64,000 nucleotides of DNA, from NCBI RefSeq assembly GCF_000150275.1, contig NW_002060947.1, positions 6,149,736 through 6,213,735 on the forward strand. The letters run 5' to 3'. Source of the stretch: Trichoplax adhaerens (taxonomy: Eukaryota; Animalia; Placozoa). Every line of letters begins with the position of its first letter. Positions within the stretch are counted from its first letter, which is position 1. Position numbers and translations under genes: made by a program. Shown here piece after piece: positions 14,751 to 27,450 of the stretch. The notes below the pieces were generated by a model. That model made no database searches. It was not told the DNA's origin and saw only the letters and a program-made list of their open reading frames with translations.

Positions 14751-16153
14751 AACATGATTATGTTAATAAGTGATTCATCGTAGTTCTATTTCATACTTCA
14801 TTAAATATAGCTACTCGTAGTAGTACATAGACATAAACAAACTGCAATGAACTTGATCAACAAAGAAATTAGGAGTTAATTGACTTAGCCTACAGTAAAA
14901 TTGCAGAAAATGAAGATGATGGAAATTATCAAAACCAATGACCGTTAAATACTAACAAATTTCTGGGTTGTTCATTGTTAAAATCATTTTTAACTCTGAT
15001 TTATCAACTAAATCGTACGATTACGGTCAATATTAGTTGTATCTTTTCCATAAATAGTAAGAGATTGATAGATTAAAAGATAATCACATTAAGTATCAAT
15101 TGTTACAAATGATCGAATTCATCATTGGACCAATAAAAGATCTAGTTTTCGATCATGTTGATCTTACGCATAATTTTGTTTATTTTGTTAATTCGGCTGT
15201 CTTTAACGTCACCGAACGCATAGGATACTTTCATCCCTATAAGTAATATTTCATTTTTAGTGTTTTAATTTGTGTTTTGGATTAAAAGTCCTCTTCAACT
15301 TAAGCTTAATTGTTATCGCAGACTATTTTAAACTGCAAACGGATTAAATATTCGTTGAAGATTCCTTCCTTGGCTGTTGAACATTTTGTCGACATTATCG
15401 ATAAACAGTTTGAAAAAATAAATGTAAGTAGACGGTCCTCCAGATCAGCATTCCAATATCTATGCTATCAAATCTCGGTGATTATGCCATCGTATCGTTT
15501 TTATCATACCTTTTTTCGCACTTTATTGATGGAAAAATGAGTTGAGAGCTAGCTGAAGGATAGCCCGAAAACATCATATCTCTTAAAACAGTTTTGCGTT
15601 TACTTTGAAGAATGGCTATTATCTGATTAACGCAAAGCTTCTATTTTAATTAACATCATTTAATAGCTTATAATATAGTTCATATTGTACGAAGAAGGCA
15701 TTTTTTACCTAGCTACAACGTCTATAATGCCCTTTACACAACTCAAAATAGAAATGTCTTTCTACTGTTAGCGATTACATCATGTTATTCTTCTGCCATT
15801 CGTAGTTATCTTGCTAATTTAATTTTATCAACTAGTAATATTATTATTGATATCCTAAAGTTATGCCTTTATTAATTTCAAAATTTATATGAGGATAATT
15901 CTGTATAAGTAATTCTATGCAGCTTTATATAAGTCTAAATTAAGAAGTATTTACTTGACAGAGGACAAGAATTCTTTTTAATTGATGCGTAAATTATAAA
16001 GATCTGGGATAATATTAATAGGGTTTTAAGATATTACAATGATTTAATGATCAATGACATTAATCGAATCAACTTAAGCTGATCATAACATAAAATTGTA
16101 ATCCTATCAATTTTTGCCTATCTTTCCAAAATTGAAGAAGTTTAAGAAAACCG

Positions 16154-19100
16154 ATGGAAAAAAATTCTGATAACGAAGAGCCAAAAACCACAATATGTTG
16201 CTGTTGTTTTACCAAGGTTAGTTTGATCTATTGCTTATAATAAGATTGTTAAACAACTGCTATTGCAATATAATGAATTAACTGAAAAGTTATTCTATAA
16301 TACGAGTGTATGTGTTATATATCATGATATTAATCACAATCAATAATAAATCTCGGTCATCACTTTTCACTCCATTTTTCTTGTGGTTTTCATCATATTT
16401 CTTTTGGTATGAAATCTGTGATAATAATCCATAATAGACTCTAGAGTGTAAATCTTTTCAAATCAAGATTTTATATCATCGGTTACTAATATCGCAATCT
16501 TCAAAACGTAAATCACAATTACTAAAATTAAAACCCTATCCAAGTTAATTGAACATTCAAAATTAAATACTCATATATATGCACTGAATGCTTATTCAGT
16601 ATTGATACCATTGGAATAATCGCCGTGCCACTCGATTAAAAATGCCTCATTTTACATTAAAATTTGAATTTGTTATCATCCGAATAAGCAGCAGATTGTT
16701 AAAGCTGTAACAACTTTTCGGTAGCTTTCGTTTCAATTTCTTACTGAAATTCACAAGAAAATTTTGTTCACTTTTTTTGTCTCATTAATCGCTTAATTTT
16801 TGAACTTTAACAGCGAAATAAGAAACAGACTACGTACCAGCAAAAACTGATCGTTTATCGTTCACGAAATACAGAAAATGACCAGTTGCTCATGTCTGAT
16901 AGTGGTGTATCATTATATAGTGATTCTGATGCTGAAAGTACCATCGATGGAGTTGTAGAATCTTCAAATTGTTCAACCCAAGAAACAGATCGTAGAGATG
17001 ATGAACCAGAAGTAGCTGAATCTAAAGTGCTATTAGAAAAGGTACGTGATTACTGGCGATTAAATTAATTTACTCCTTGAGAATCGCTCTCATGCATAAA
17101 TCAGTATGGCCCATGTTGTGAACGTGTCTCCCCTACCCCTATCTGAAATAGCGTCGTCTGTATATATCTATAAAGGTTACTAATGTTAGCGGCTTGCAAG
17201 AGAAATTTTTCGTGATTTCTCTCCAAAGTCCCTGCTTAAGTACTTATGGACGCCATCGTTGAATACTTGCAACTGTACTTGAGTTTACTCCATTACTATA
17301 GGGCGAGTATACGTTGTGCCATGGACTACTAGATATATCTCTATCAGTGACTACTCAACTAAGATTCGCCCTCCCCTCCAAGCTGCAACTAAACATTTTT
17401 TCCCTTATGCTACAAAGAAAAAACAGAGACTACTTCAGATTTCCCCTGCAAGCTTTGAGGAGGAAATCTTAGCTGAGTAGTCCTATTCTTCGTGTTCCCT
17501 TGTTACCGCCATTACTGCTAAAGCCCGGCCAGTTTCATCCTGTACGTTTTTGTATGGGCAATTCTTAACATGACTTGAAAAGAAGGTCTGTAGTAAATGC
17601 TACCTGGAAATTTTACTGTCGACAGTAAAACATGTCTATTTGCCAGGCTAATTGCGTTGTTGCATAATTTCTAACTGTTAATTACAAACATTTCCTATGA
17701 GTTTTTATATACGTTTCAACACTCAGGACAGTGCTACCTACTACTATAAATTTCACTACACAGTACTTTAATGTCAGTATTAACCATACCCATAATCCAG
17801 TATATTAATTACTCAGATCACTGTATACTATTCTCCTTGACGGTAAGCTCAGTGATTTAGACTCGTCTTGAGACTCTGAAAAATTTCAGGATTTCTATTT
17901 AGGTTATTCTTCGAGAAGTACACACCGAGCGGCCAATAACAGAGCTGATCTATAACGTCGATAATTCGTATACTGCAGACAAGAGACGCCAATCCATTAG
18001 CTAGTAATGCATCGTATACTGACCAAATCACATTTACATTTTAGCGATCGTATTATCTACTGTATATACTATACCATACTAGTACATTGACTAGTGGCCC
18101 ATAGCCAATATTCAATTGGCTACCCTCAAATTGGGAGTAGTTCATTGTAAATTCATTGCATGTGTATGTGCATCACTGAGGAATAAATCGATTTAAAAGG
18201 TCGAATTGAGTTGATTTACACCAACGAGAGAGAGCAAGCGAATAGACTACCGTGATATCAACTAGTGCGAAATGATAACTATAATGGATAAGAATCACAG
18301 GCGAAATTCAAAAGTTAATAAATCAGATAAACCACATTAATAGCAACTATAAATAGAAAGTATAGCTATAGTTATACCGGAATGACGACAATTCGATTAT
18401 TAATAAGGTGCAAACAAATTGCTGACCATGAGAATCGCAATTATCTCTTAATGCTGTAGCATGAACCATCCTAATATTGTTCGAGTCTATCAATATTATC
18501 AAAATAAAACACTTCATGGTGTTATTGAAGAATACTGCTATTACAGCTTACACTTTGTCATGCTTAAGGTAACTGATAAATTATTCTTTCATTTCAATTT
18601 ATCAATTTATTATCCTCTATTGCTTGTTAAATCGCATTGTAATAAAGAAAATATAGGCCTTTGCTGACTATTTTATTCTTGATGCTAGTCTCCTAAAGAA
18701 GTTCTATCCTGCCACGATCGAGTTCGAATCCTGCTATCCATATCTCGAGCTCTAAATTATCTGCATAACCGTGACATTGTACATAATAACTTAACAAGGT
18801 ATCAATTGATTATCAACAAATTGTTTCAATAATTGAAATACCAGCTGAATGAATTCTTTTCAATGAATCTATTTCCAGCGATAATATACTTATTAATCGT
18901 GAAAATGTCATCAAAATTAGCCATGGCGGATATCACAGTATTTTCAACCACGTCAATCGTGAAATTATAGCTAACGATCTGCGATTTAAATGCCATGCTC
19001 AAGGCTATTACAGCAAGGCTGCACTACATGGTAAAGTGCAATTCGATAACGATGTCTACAGTTTCGGAGCCGTAAGTTTTATTATATGCTTGTAGCTTAG

Positions 19101-19870
19101 CTAGATTATCTAAAGTGAAAGTGTAGACAGTATTCCCTGAGTTGAGTACAATTTCAAGTTAGGCCAAATTGCAGTAAATCTGCTATAATTAGCTCTAATA
19201 AATGCTGAGCTATAATTGACAATAAATCTATTCAGCACGTACTTTCATGCTGCAAGAGGAGAAATAGAATAAGCAACTCATATTATATACTGCTTGATTA
19301 GGCTTTATTTTTAATGGTAAGAGGTGAGGAATATTATAGTGGAGAACAAGAATATCTACAGAACGTAAGTTAAGCTTCAATGGGTACAACACATAATGTA
19401 TCTAATTCATCTTGATCAGATGTTATTCATATTGCAAAGATTAATTTATCTAAGTATACAACTATGATATATCATCAACATTTCGCTTTAATACAACTTT
19501 AGAAAGATTTACTGAAGTCTGAATCCAACTGGTCCCAATTAAGAGATACACGTATCGTTTATTGGCCTAAACTGCCTACATCATGGTCATCCCTACGTAC
19601 TTTATCAGGTAAAGCTTCTGGTAAAAATCTCAGAAAGGACATGTTAAAATTATCAAGGCGTTGTCTCAAACAAGTACGATCAAGACCTCGAACAATCAGC
19701 CAAGTAAGTTGTTATTAAAGTTGATCAAGTTTAATGAATATTCTTAGTAATTAAGAGCAGAAAGTTTGAACGCATTTGAGTAAAAAAAGGATAGTTTTCT
19801 TAATTATTATCTGCGTATTTCTCCCTAGGTAAAGGCTAAGATAGAAAATTGGGAATTGATCTATTTCTAA
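16154..19870 (+). CDS. IRAK/Pelle-like pseudokinase B, tandem paralog of A (about 357 aa if the tentative exon is used), N-terminal CCCC motif
   Basis: Exons 16154-16216 (MEKNSDNEEPKTTICCCCFTK), 16814-17041, tentative 17903-17967, 18460-18568 (MNHPNIVRV..GVIEEYC), 18689-18798 (RVRILLSISRALNYLHNRDIVHNNLTS), 18879-19071 (DNILI..KISHGGYHSIF..NDVYSFGA), 19302-19364, 19503-19703 and 19829-19870. Intron positions and phases in the kinase C-terminal half match paralog A, and the HGG-containing exon is 193 nt in both. Confidence 0.8.
17349..17482. mobile_element. Putative MITE-like foldback element in an intron of pseudokinase B
   Basis: GACTACTCAACTAAGATT (17349-17366) and AATCTTAGCTGAGTAGTC (17465-17482) are inverted repeats with 1 mismatch. 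Imperfect pairing continues inward (CCCCTCCAAGCTGCA / TGCAAGCTTTGAGGAGG). Confidence 0.5.
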
Positions 19871-20936
19871 AGCTTATGCAAATTTTCAACTTGAGTTTCA
19901 GTTTTATTTTTTTAATCCAAATTGGTTATTGATTAAGAAGCGCCTTCGATACGTTTCTTATATCATGGTTAGTTTCTATTTTGGCCATTTATGATAGTAA
20001 GAATAGCTTCATCCAAGATGAAATTGGGGATAAAATATTATTAAATCTTGATTCTACGTTACGGCAATATTGTAATACTAGCTGTATTATAGCTAAAGCT
20101 TCCATGGGCTAGCCGGAAATGTAGCTAAACCGAATACCGGCAAATAAATTAAATTATATCATCAATGTTGCGAGTAGAAAAATGAGCGTATCTCTTTTAC
20201 TAAAAGGGATTTATATACAATGAGCATGTTAATCAATATGTGATATTTTAACAAAGTTAGGATCTTTCTATAATATTAAATCTTAGCTCCATGTCACAGT
20301 AAATATTATAATTATGCTAGTCCTCGTCAAAAAAAAAAAATACAGAATTACAGTATCTGCTCTTCGCTTAATTACGAGTATTCTGGTTGAATAAAGATCG
20401 AAATATCATCTCTCTACTTGAAAATTCTCTCCAGTCATTGTTTCTAACTCTCAACTGCAGACTGAAAATTTGAAAATATCAAAGTTGCTCTCTAATAATA
20501 CAGCTCTAAACATTGGGCCAAATCTACAGTCGCATTAAACTACCTACATTACGTTATATTCTTTGAGCAAAGATATAAAACATCATCTCTCTGATAGTAT
20601 AACTTTGACAAGATGCCACTGCATATATAGTAGTTCAATATCAATTTTTATAACAAAAATACAGTTAACACTTGATTAATAATTAATTAGGCTAGATGGA
20701 TGTTCACTGTGAAAGTTATATCGTTGCTAAACCTTATGGGTGATGTAAGCGCTGAAATAATTAAAAAATTCAAATTTGCAAAGTTTGATATAAAATTATT
20801 TAAACTGGCCGATTTGGTTATTCAAAACTGACTCCAATAACTCTATAACCGTACTTGAATTCTCTCCTATTTTAAAACAGAAATATCAATATGGAAGTTG
20901 CGTGCTAATAGCCCAACTCGAACTGTTTTGAGCAAA

Positions 20937-20984
20937 CCATGGACTACTAGATACGCGTATATAGGTGCATCTAGTAGTCCATAG
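20937..20984. mobile_element. Small hairpin element (CATGGACTACTAGA family)
   Basis: Perfect 14 bp inverted arms ATGGACTACTAGAT (20939-20952) and ATCTAGTAGTCCAT (20969-20982). GCAAA flanks both sides (possible target-site duplication). Confidence 0.55.
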
Positions 20985-21059
20985 GCAAACACTATAGAAT
21001 ATCTGCCATGGGCTGTAGGATGAGAATTCTTGTAGAGTAAAGATAATAAATATCATCAC

Positions 21060-21430
21060 TCCACCTGAAAATTCTCTCCAACCTTCATTTCTTGCTCAGA
21101 AAATGTAGCCTGGAAATTGAAGAAAAATGTCAAGACTCAAACCGTTTCTATCAATAGATTCAACGGAAATTAGGGGGACAATATTTGCTATCAGCCGAAG
21201 TCTACTTTGCCTTGGTAGTTAGGAGGATGAAAAATTTCACTTACGCTTCTTTCCTAGGAAAATATAGCCTGGAAATTGAGAAAATGCCAAGACTTAAACC
21301 GTTTCTAGAAACAGTTTCAGCGGTTATTAGGGGGGGATAATACCTACTATTAAGCGAAGCCTGCTATGCCTTTTATAGCTGGAGTGAGGAAAATTTCACT
21401 TACGCTACTTTACGCCGCAAATGTAACCTG
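21060..21430. repeat. Degenerate tandem duplication, about 160 bp unit, 2 copies plus a partial copy
   Basis: GAAAAT[G/A]TAGCCTGGAAATTGA occurs near 21099 and 21257, and GAAAA(A)TTTCACTTACGCT occurs twice. Confidence 0.75.
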
Positions 21431-21484
21431 AAGCATAGACTACTAGAAATTGCCATAGTAGTCATTTCTAATAGTCCATGGCTT
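21431..21484. mobile_element. Small hairpin element (CATRGACTACTAGA family), second copy
   Basis: Imperfect inverted arms AAGCATAGACTACTAGAAAT ... ATTTCTAATAGTCCATGGCTT. Confidence 0.5.
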
Positions 21485-21901
21485 TAGTCGCTCGAGGGAG
21501 ACAAATTCCACTTCAAGGGTGCAAGCAAATAGCCACCAAATTCAGTCACCCCTCGCGTATTTATTTATTTCTCTCCGTCTTTTTTCTGTAGCACCCCATG
21601 ATACATGATGCCATATATAGAAAATGTACACAGTAGAGTAATCCAGTAGAAATTGACTAAGCATTATAATAATTAAGGGAATAATAATTATTATAATCCG
21701 TTTTCTTTAGAAGAACAATCTTGTCCAATCACCTGCAGCCTTCTAACGTCAACAGAAATGTGTATATTAACGATGCATAATTCATTTTCGCATTTCTACA
21801 GTGTATTGATTTGAATATCAAGCCTAGCGTAGTTTAGAAAGTGCTCTCCCTACCTGATTGAAGTTCAATTTGCCAAGAGAATCCACATTCAAGAGGAAAA
21901 G

Positions 21902-24900
21902 ATGACCATGGCGAGACGACTACAACACGTAATCTATCAGACCGGAAGGATCCCACGTTTAATCTCATCACCGAATGTAAGATGCAAATAAGAACTGTTT
22001 TTGTTTACAATCAGTGAACATCGGTTGATCAATCAATTCCATGTCATGATAGCATGATAATGATGACTGTAGAGCCATTTTTGATCATGGCGATGTTGGA
22101 TTGGGATCGATTACAACAATTCCTGTCACGATGATCGTCTTGATCGAGACGACTACAACACGTAATCTATCAGACCAGGATGATAGCACGTTTAATCTCA
22201 TCATCGAATGAAAGATGCAATGAGAATTATCTTTGTTTACAATTCGTGAACATCGGTTGATCAATCGATTCCATGTCATGATAGCAAGATGATGATGACT
22301 GTAAAATCATTTTTCATCACGGCGATGTTTGATCGGGATGGATTGCAACAATTCCCGTCATGGTAATCGCCTTGATCAACGCAGTAACATGAACATCATC
22401 GGGGTCAAGTCAAGATTATCCATCTTGCAATGATGATAATAAGGCGTATCGAATTCATTTTTTTTTTTTTTTTTTTCAATCATTAGATCCATCGAGTAAC
22501 CCCAACAGCTGTTACCGGTATGATGCAGATTAAACACTTTTCTATCCATGAACATCAAAGTATGCAACTACTAGATCAACATGGCATTCGTACGCCTCAA
22601 AGTCGAGTAGCTACAACGCCAATTCAAGTTCATGAAGTAGCATCCACGTTAGGTATGAATTTGTAAGCCATTGGATAGGTTAAAAACTAGACTTTTCTTG
22701 CATGATCTAACTTAAAATAGATGTACTTGATGATAATCGATGATCCTTTTTCTTTCAAAATATCAAAGTAAACGACTTATGTTTATTTATTTGCGTACCA
22801 TTGGATTGATTGATTGATGATGAGGCATTTTACATCGTCTAGCTTAGTTAAAAAGTGTAGTATATCTACGTGGCGATAATGAATCGATGATCCTTTTTTC
22901 ATTCTAAATGTTAAGATTAATGACTAATATTCATTTATTTATACGCCATTGAATAGGTTAATGATTTGACATTTTTTGACATCGTCTAGCTTAGATAAAA
23001 AGTACAACGTGTACTTGGTGATAATATTAATATAACTGATCATTCTTTTTCTTTCTAAATGTCAAGATTGACGTTAATGTTCAATCGTTTATACACCATC
23101 GAATAGGGAATGACTAGACATTTTTACATCGTCTAACTTAGATAAAAAAGTACAATATGTACTTGGTAATAATTGCAATATCAATCGATCATTCTCTTTT
23201 CTTTCTAAATGTTAAAGTTAGTGCTTAATGTTCTTTCATTTGCACGCCATTGAATAGATTAATGATTAGACACTTTTTTACATCGTCTAGCTTAGGTAAA
23301 AAGTATAATATGTACGTGGTGGCAATTTTGATATAATCGATCATATTTTTTTCTTTCTAAATGTTAAGATTAACATGTCATATTCACTGACCTGCAGCTA
23401 TGTTTTATTTACTGCAAGATCGAATGATCCGGCTGTAATCAATTTTATTCTCCATGTTAACAGTTTAAGAATGATTCTTATAGTATAGACAACATCGTTA
23501 ATGGTAGTCAAGACGATATTTTCCCTCTATAGTTCTTTCTACTTTCTCAATCGTCTTGTTTTCTTGTTGACCTAAGATATTGAAACTAGTCAAGTAGCGT
23601 TACTTTAGTCACAGTAGTAAACGTACTCTTCACTGAAGATCTAATTGATGCTATTAGAACACTTAGTAGTATAATGTAATTGAGAATATACTTCAAGTGA
23701 AAACAGTAGTGAACAAATATCTCAATCGTCTTATTTTCTTGCTGAGCTAAGATACTGATTCAAGTCAAAGAGCGTACTTTTAGCAGAGTAATAAATATAT
23801 TGCCCACTGAAGATCTTACTCATGCAGTTAGAATACTTGGCAGAACAACATATTTTAGAATAGGCCCTTAATCGAAGACAGTAGTGAATGCCTCGTATTT
23901 TTTTTTCTCCGATACCAAAATAATAGTAAACTATTGGATTAGGATAGTATGTAGGATTACTTCTACAAGAATAAGATAGGACCCAATCGGTACTACACTT
24001 TGAACGAGCTATCTTGGTAGTTGGTACCATTATACGAGTACCATTGACATTTGGATTATTATTTATTTCTACGGCAATAAAAATGCCATATATTGATTTA
24101 GGTACTACATTTTGAACCATCTATCATAATGTCGTTATACAAGTGCTTTTAAGCAAAAACACTTTAATTGAGATAGAGTTAAATTTAATGTTTTTGCATC
24201 AATGTTACTCATGGACAGGCAGCAAAGATGTTGTTGTAAAAGCACAAGTCTTGGCTGGTGGAAGAGGTAAAGGCCTCTTTGAGTCCGGTTTAAAAGGAGG
24301 TGTGAAAATTGCCTACTCGTAAGTAAAGTATTGCACACAAACCGATAAAAGTTGGTGCCAAAGGAAGGCATACCTTCTACAAAATAATATTCATTCGTGA
24401 TTCTTACAATTCTCTAAAGCTAAATTTAAAACAATGACTACGTTATTTAAAGTTCTAGCTTGATTCGTTTAAAAAACATCTAGAAATAAATTGGCTATTA
24501 GATGAATCATAGGAAAATAGTACTTCTATTTTTCGTAGTTTATTGAATCCAATGTTAAAGCAAAGACGACGAAATCCGTTAATGCACTCGTATATATGTC
24601 GTTTACCGTATAGATAATCGATCATTTTGTAAAATGACTGATGGTGCAGTTAAATAGTTTGGCATGCAGTTATAAGGATACATGATAAACTTACCAGCTA
24701 CTGTTTGTTCGTAATGTAGACCTGATGAGGCTAAAACTATTGCAGCTAATATGCTTGGTCACAAATTAATCACGAAGCAGACAGGAGGGGCTGGGGTGCT
24801 ATGTAACAAGGTCAGTATCAGATGGTAATTTAATTCGAACTAATTTTTGACTAGCGTTATTCTGTAAAGCAGTCCCAAATTCGTTTAAGATTAAAATACA

Positions 24901-27450
24901 GAGTCATTCTGAACTGATTGCATATAAGGATGAATTTTACTGTAATAATTTAGATAATCTGATTGAAGCTAAATAGTCTTTGTTAATTGCAAGATGAAAT
25001 CTAATTTCTGTAATAATGTGAAGTTTACCAGAAACTGTAGTTCTTGTTCTATTATTCGGAAGATATTCTATTACCATTCCAAATGGCAACGAAAGAGACT
25101 TAACTTATTTTCTTGCATGAATATGCCCAAATGGCGATAATTATATTTATTTCAATTTTTAGCTCTCATTAATTGCAATACCACACATTTGCATTCGCTT
25201 AGGTAATGGTGTCGGAACGTTTATATCCTCGACGTGAGTACTATTTTGCCATTACTATGGACCCAACATCGATGGTTAGTCTGTACAAGAGACATAATAT
25301 CTACAGGCAGAGTTATTTCAGATTAAATGACATTGACAAATGATGCTATTAGGGCCCTATTATTATTGCCAGTAATCAAGGAGGTGTAGATATAGAGACA
25401 GTTGCAGCCGAAACACCTGAGGCAATTATTAAGCAACCTATTGATATTATCGAAGGTAGATAAAATCAAGCCTGTGATTCAGAATCGAATAGATTGTGCT
25501 TTGTCAGCTAGCAATAAATTTGAGAACTTAATCTTTGATATGATAATAAATTAAATGTTACGACGAAAACTATTGCTAATATAAAGTATTAATTGGATGG
25601 CTTGAGTATTAAACTATCTTACTTGTTGATTTTATATATTATTTCGTACCAAATTTCAAGGCCTAAATCGGGACACCGCATTATCTATAGCACGTAAAGT
25701 AGGCTTTGGTCCGGAATATATCGATCAGGTATACAATTTTGTTGGACATTATTGACTTAAATACAATAATCAACCGTAGCAAGATTCACAGTAGTTAGTT
25801 ATTGCCTGATACCTAATTTAATAAACTAAATTTTCAAAAATATAACGCTTCTAATTGTATATTACGGGATTCTATTATTATTTAGGCGACTGATATCATT
25901 CAAAAGTTATATAGCGTATTTATTGAGAATGATGCGCTGATGGTGGAAATTAATCCAATGACCGAAGATAGCAATGGAAATGGTAAGTTGATGCTTTACA
26001 TCGTATGTTGTAATAGTAAATATAGTGAGTACCAGCATAATCCTATGTAAAGAGTATTTTATTCTGATATTTGTAAAGATTGGATAAGAAATTCTTATAT
26101 TCATACCAATGTTGACTAAATTTTTCTGTGTTGTTGTCATTCGTTCGAATTAGTATATTGCATGGATGCCAAAGTAAAGCTAGATACGAGTGCGCTATTT
26201 CGTCACAAAAATTTAGCTGAATTGCGCGATTGGAGTCAAGAGGATCCTCGTGATGTCGCAGCTTCCAAAGCAGATCTCAATTATATAGGATTAGATGGAT
26301 CTATCGGTTGCTTGGGTTTGTCATAATTTATGGGCATCATTTCATTACTTGTATATTTTCACTGTCTCTAACATTAGAATATTAAATGGTAGCGCATAGG
26401 ATCTAAATAACATCCATCTATTCCTAATGGATTTAATATAAATAAATGTTACCTATATCTGCTGAAATAGCTAATGTTTCCATGCTGACCTTAAATTAAC
26501 TGCCATTTACAGGTAATAGCTAATTTTGCAATATTTACGCAAAGTTTTCAATTTTAATTAGTTAATGGCGCTGGTTTAGCAATGTCTACTATGGACATAA
26601 TCAAACTACATGGAGGTTTACCTGCCAACTTTCTAGATGTGGGTGGCGGTGCTACAGCTGATCAAGTTACTCAAGCATTTCAGATTATTAGTAGCGATCA
26701 GCACGTAAGTTTTTTCTTTTATAACCATCTTAATGTTGATCGTGCTAAATTTTATCCGCCTAAATAACAACGAATAATATTACATAAAGCCACATAAATA
26801 ATCTATTCTTTTTATTTATAACTTACTTGCTTCCACGGCACTCATTCAGGTCAATGCTGTTTTAGTTAACATATTTGGTGGTATAATGCGTTGTGATGTT
26901 ATTGCAAAAGGCATTGTTGCTGCCGCTGATCAATTGAAACTTAAAATTCCCATAATTGTACGATTGCAAGGTAACGATAGAAACGAATAGAATGGCATAC
27001 ATATACCATGTGCAATGGTGCATGTCGTTAACCACTACATACGCGTATATATATAGTACCCATTTCTACTCGAAATTAATGTCTCTAAGCTTAATATTTT
27101 CAATAGTGATCATCTTATACGCATATATATGTTCAATTTCTCATCTAGGAACTCGTGTAGAAGATGCCAAGGCCGTTATTGGTGCTAGCAAATTTCATAT
27201 ATTATCCTGTGATGATCTTGATGAAGCAGCTAAGCTGGTATTAATGCTCGAGCATATTGACAAATGAGAAATTAGATACAGTAGTAGCTATGAATTTTAT
27301 TCAATTGCTTGAGAATAAAATATATTCATTCAATAGACAAACTGCCTTAAGTTTACTTTGTTAATTTGTTTCTAGGCTGTCAAAGTAGCTAGCATTGTGA
27401 GCCTAGCAAAAGAAGCTTCCGTTGAGGTTGATTTCACTTTACCGATTTAA
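21902..27450 (+). CDS. SUCLA2: Succinyl-CoA ligase [ADP-forming] subunit beta, mitochondrial (13 exons)
   Basis: Exons about 21902-21976, 22487-22652, 24219-24318, 24720-24810, 25203-25274, 25353-25455, 25661-25728, 25886-25982, 26154-26315, 26562-26704, 26850-26970, 27149-27237 and 27376-27450. Motifs [84 protein letters not shown] and the C-terminus VEVDFTLPI* match SUCLA2 rather than SUCLG2. The Arg-rich N-terminus fits a mitochondrial transit peptide. Confidence 0.95.
21910..22380 (+). repeat. About 232 bp tandem duplication containing SUCLA2 exon 1 and the start of intron 1
   Basis: CGAGACGACTACAACACGTAATCTATCAGACC.G.A.GAT...CACGTTTAATCTCATCA occurs near 21912 and again near 22145. Confidence 0.9.
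22690..23375. repeat. Intronic degenerate tandem array, about 150 bp unit, 4-5 copies
   Basis: ACATCGTCTA[G/A]CTTAG recurs near 22833, 22980, 23127 and 23281, each followed by TTCTAAATGT.AAG. Confidence 0.85.
23540..23900. repeat. Intronic degenerate duplication, about 175 bp unit
   Basis: TCTCAATCGTCTT..TTTCTTG.TGA.CTAAGATA and CACTGAAGATCT occur in two copies starting near 23545 and 23720. Confidence 0.7.

Noticed and set aside
23731-24371. Antisense ORFs of 129 aa and 78 aa within SUCLA2
   Set aside because: They lie in an intron or repeat, or opposite a conserved exon, with no recognisable domain or splice pattern.
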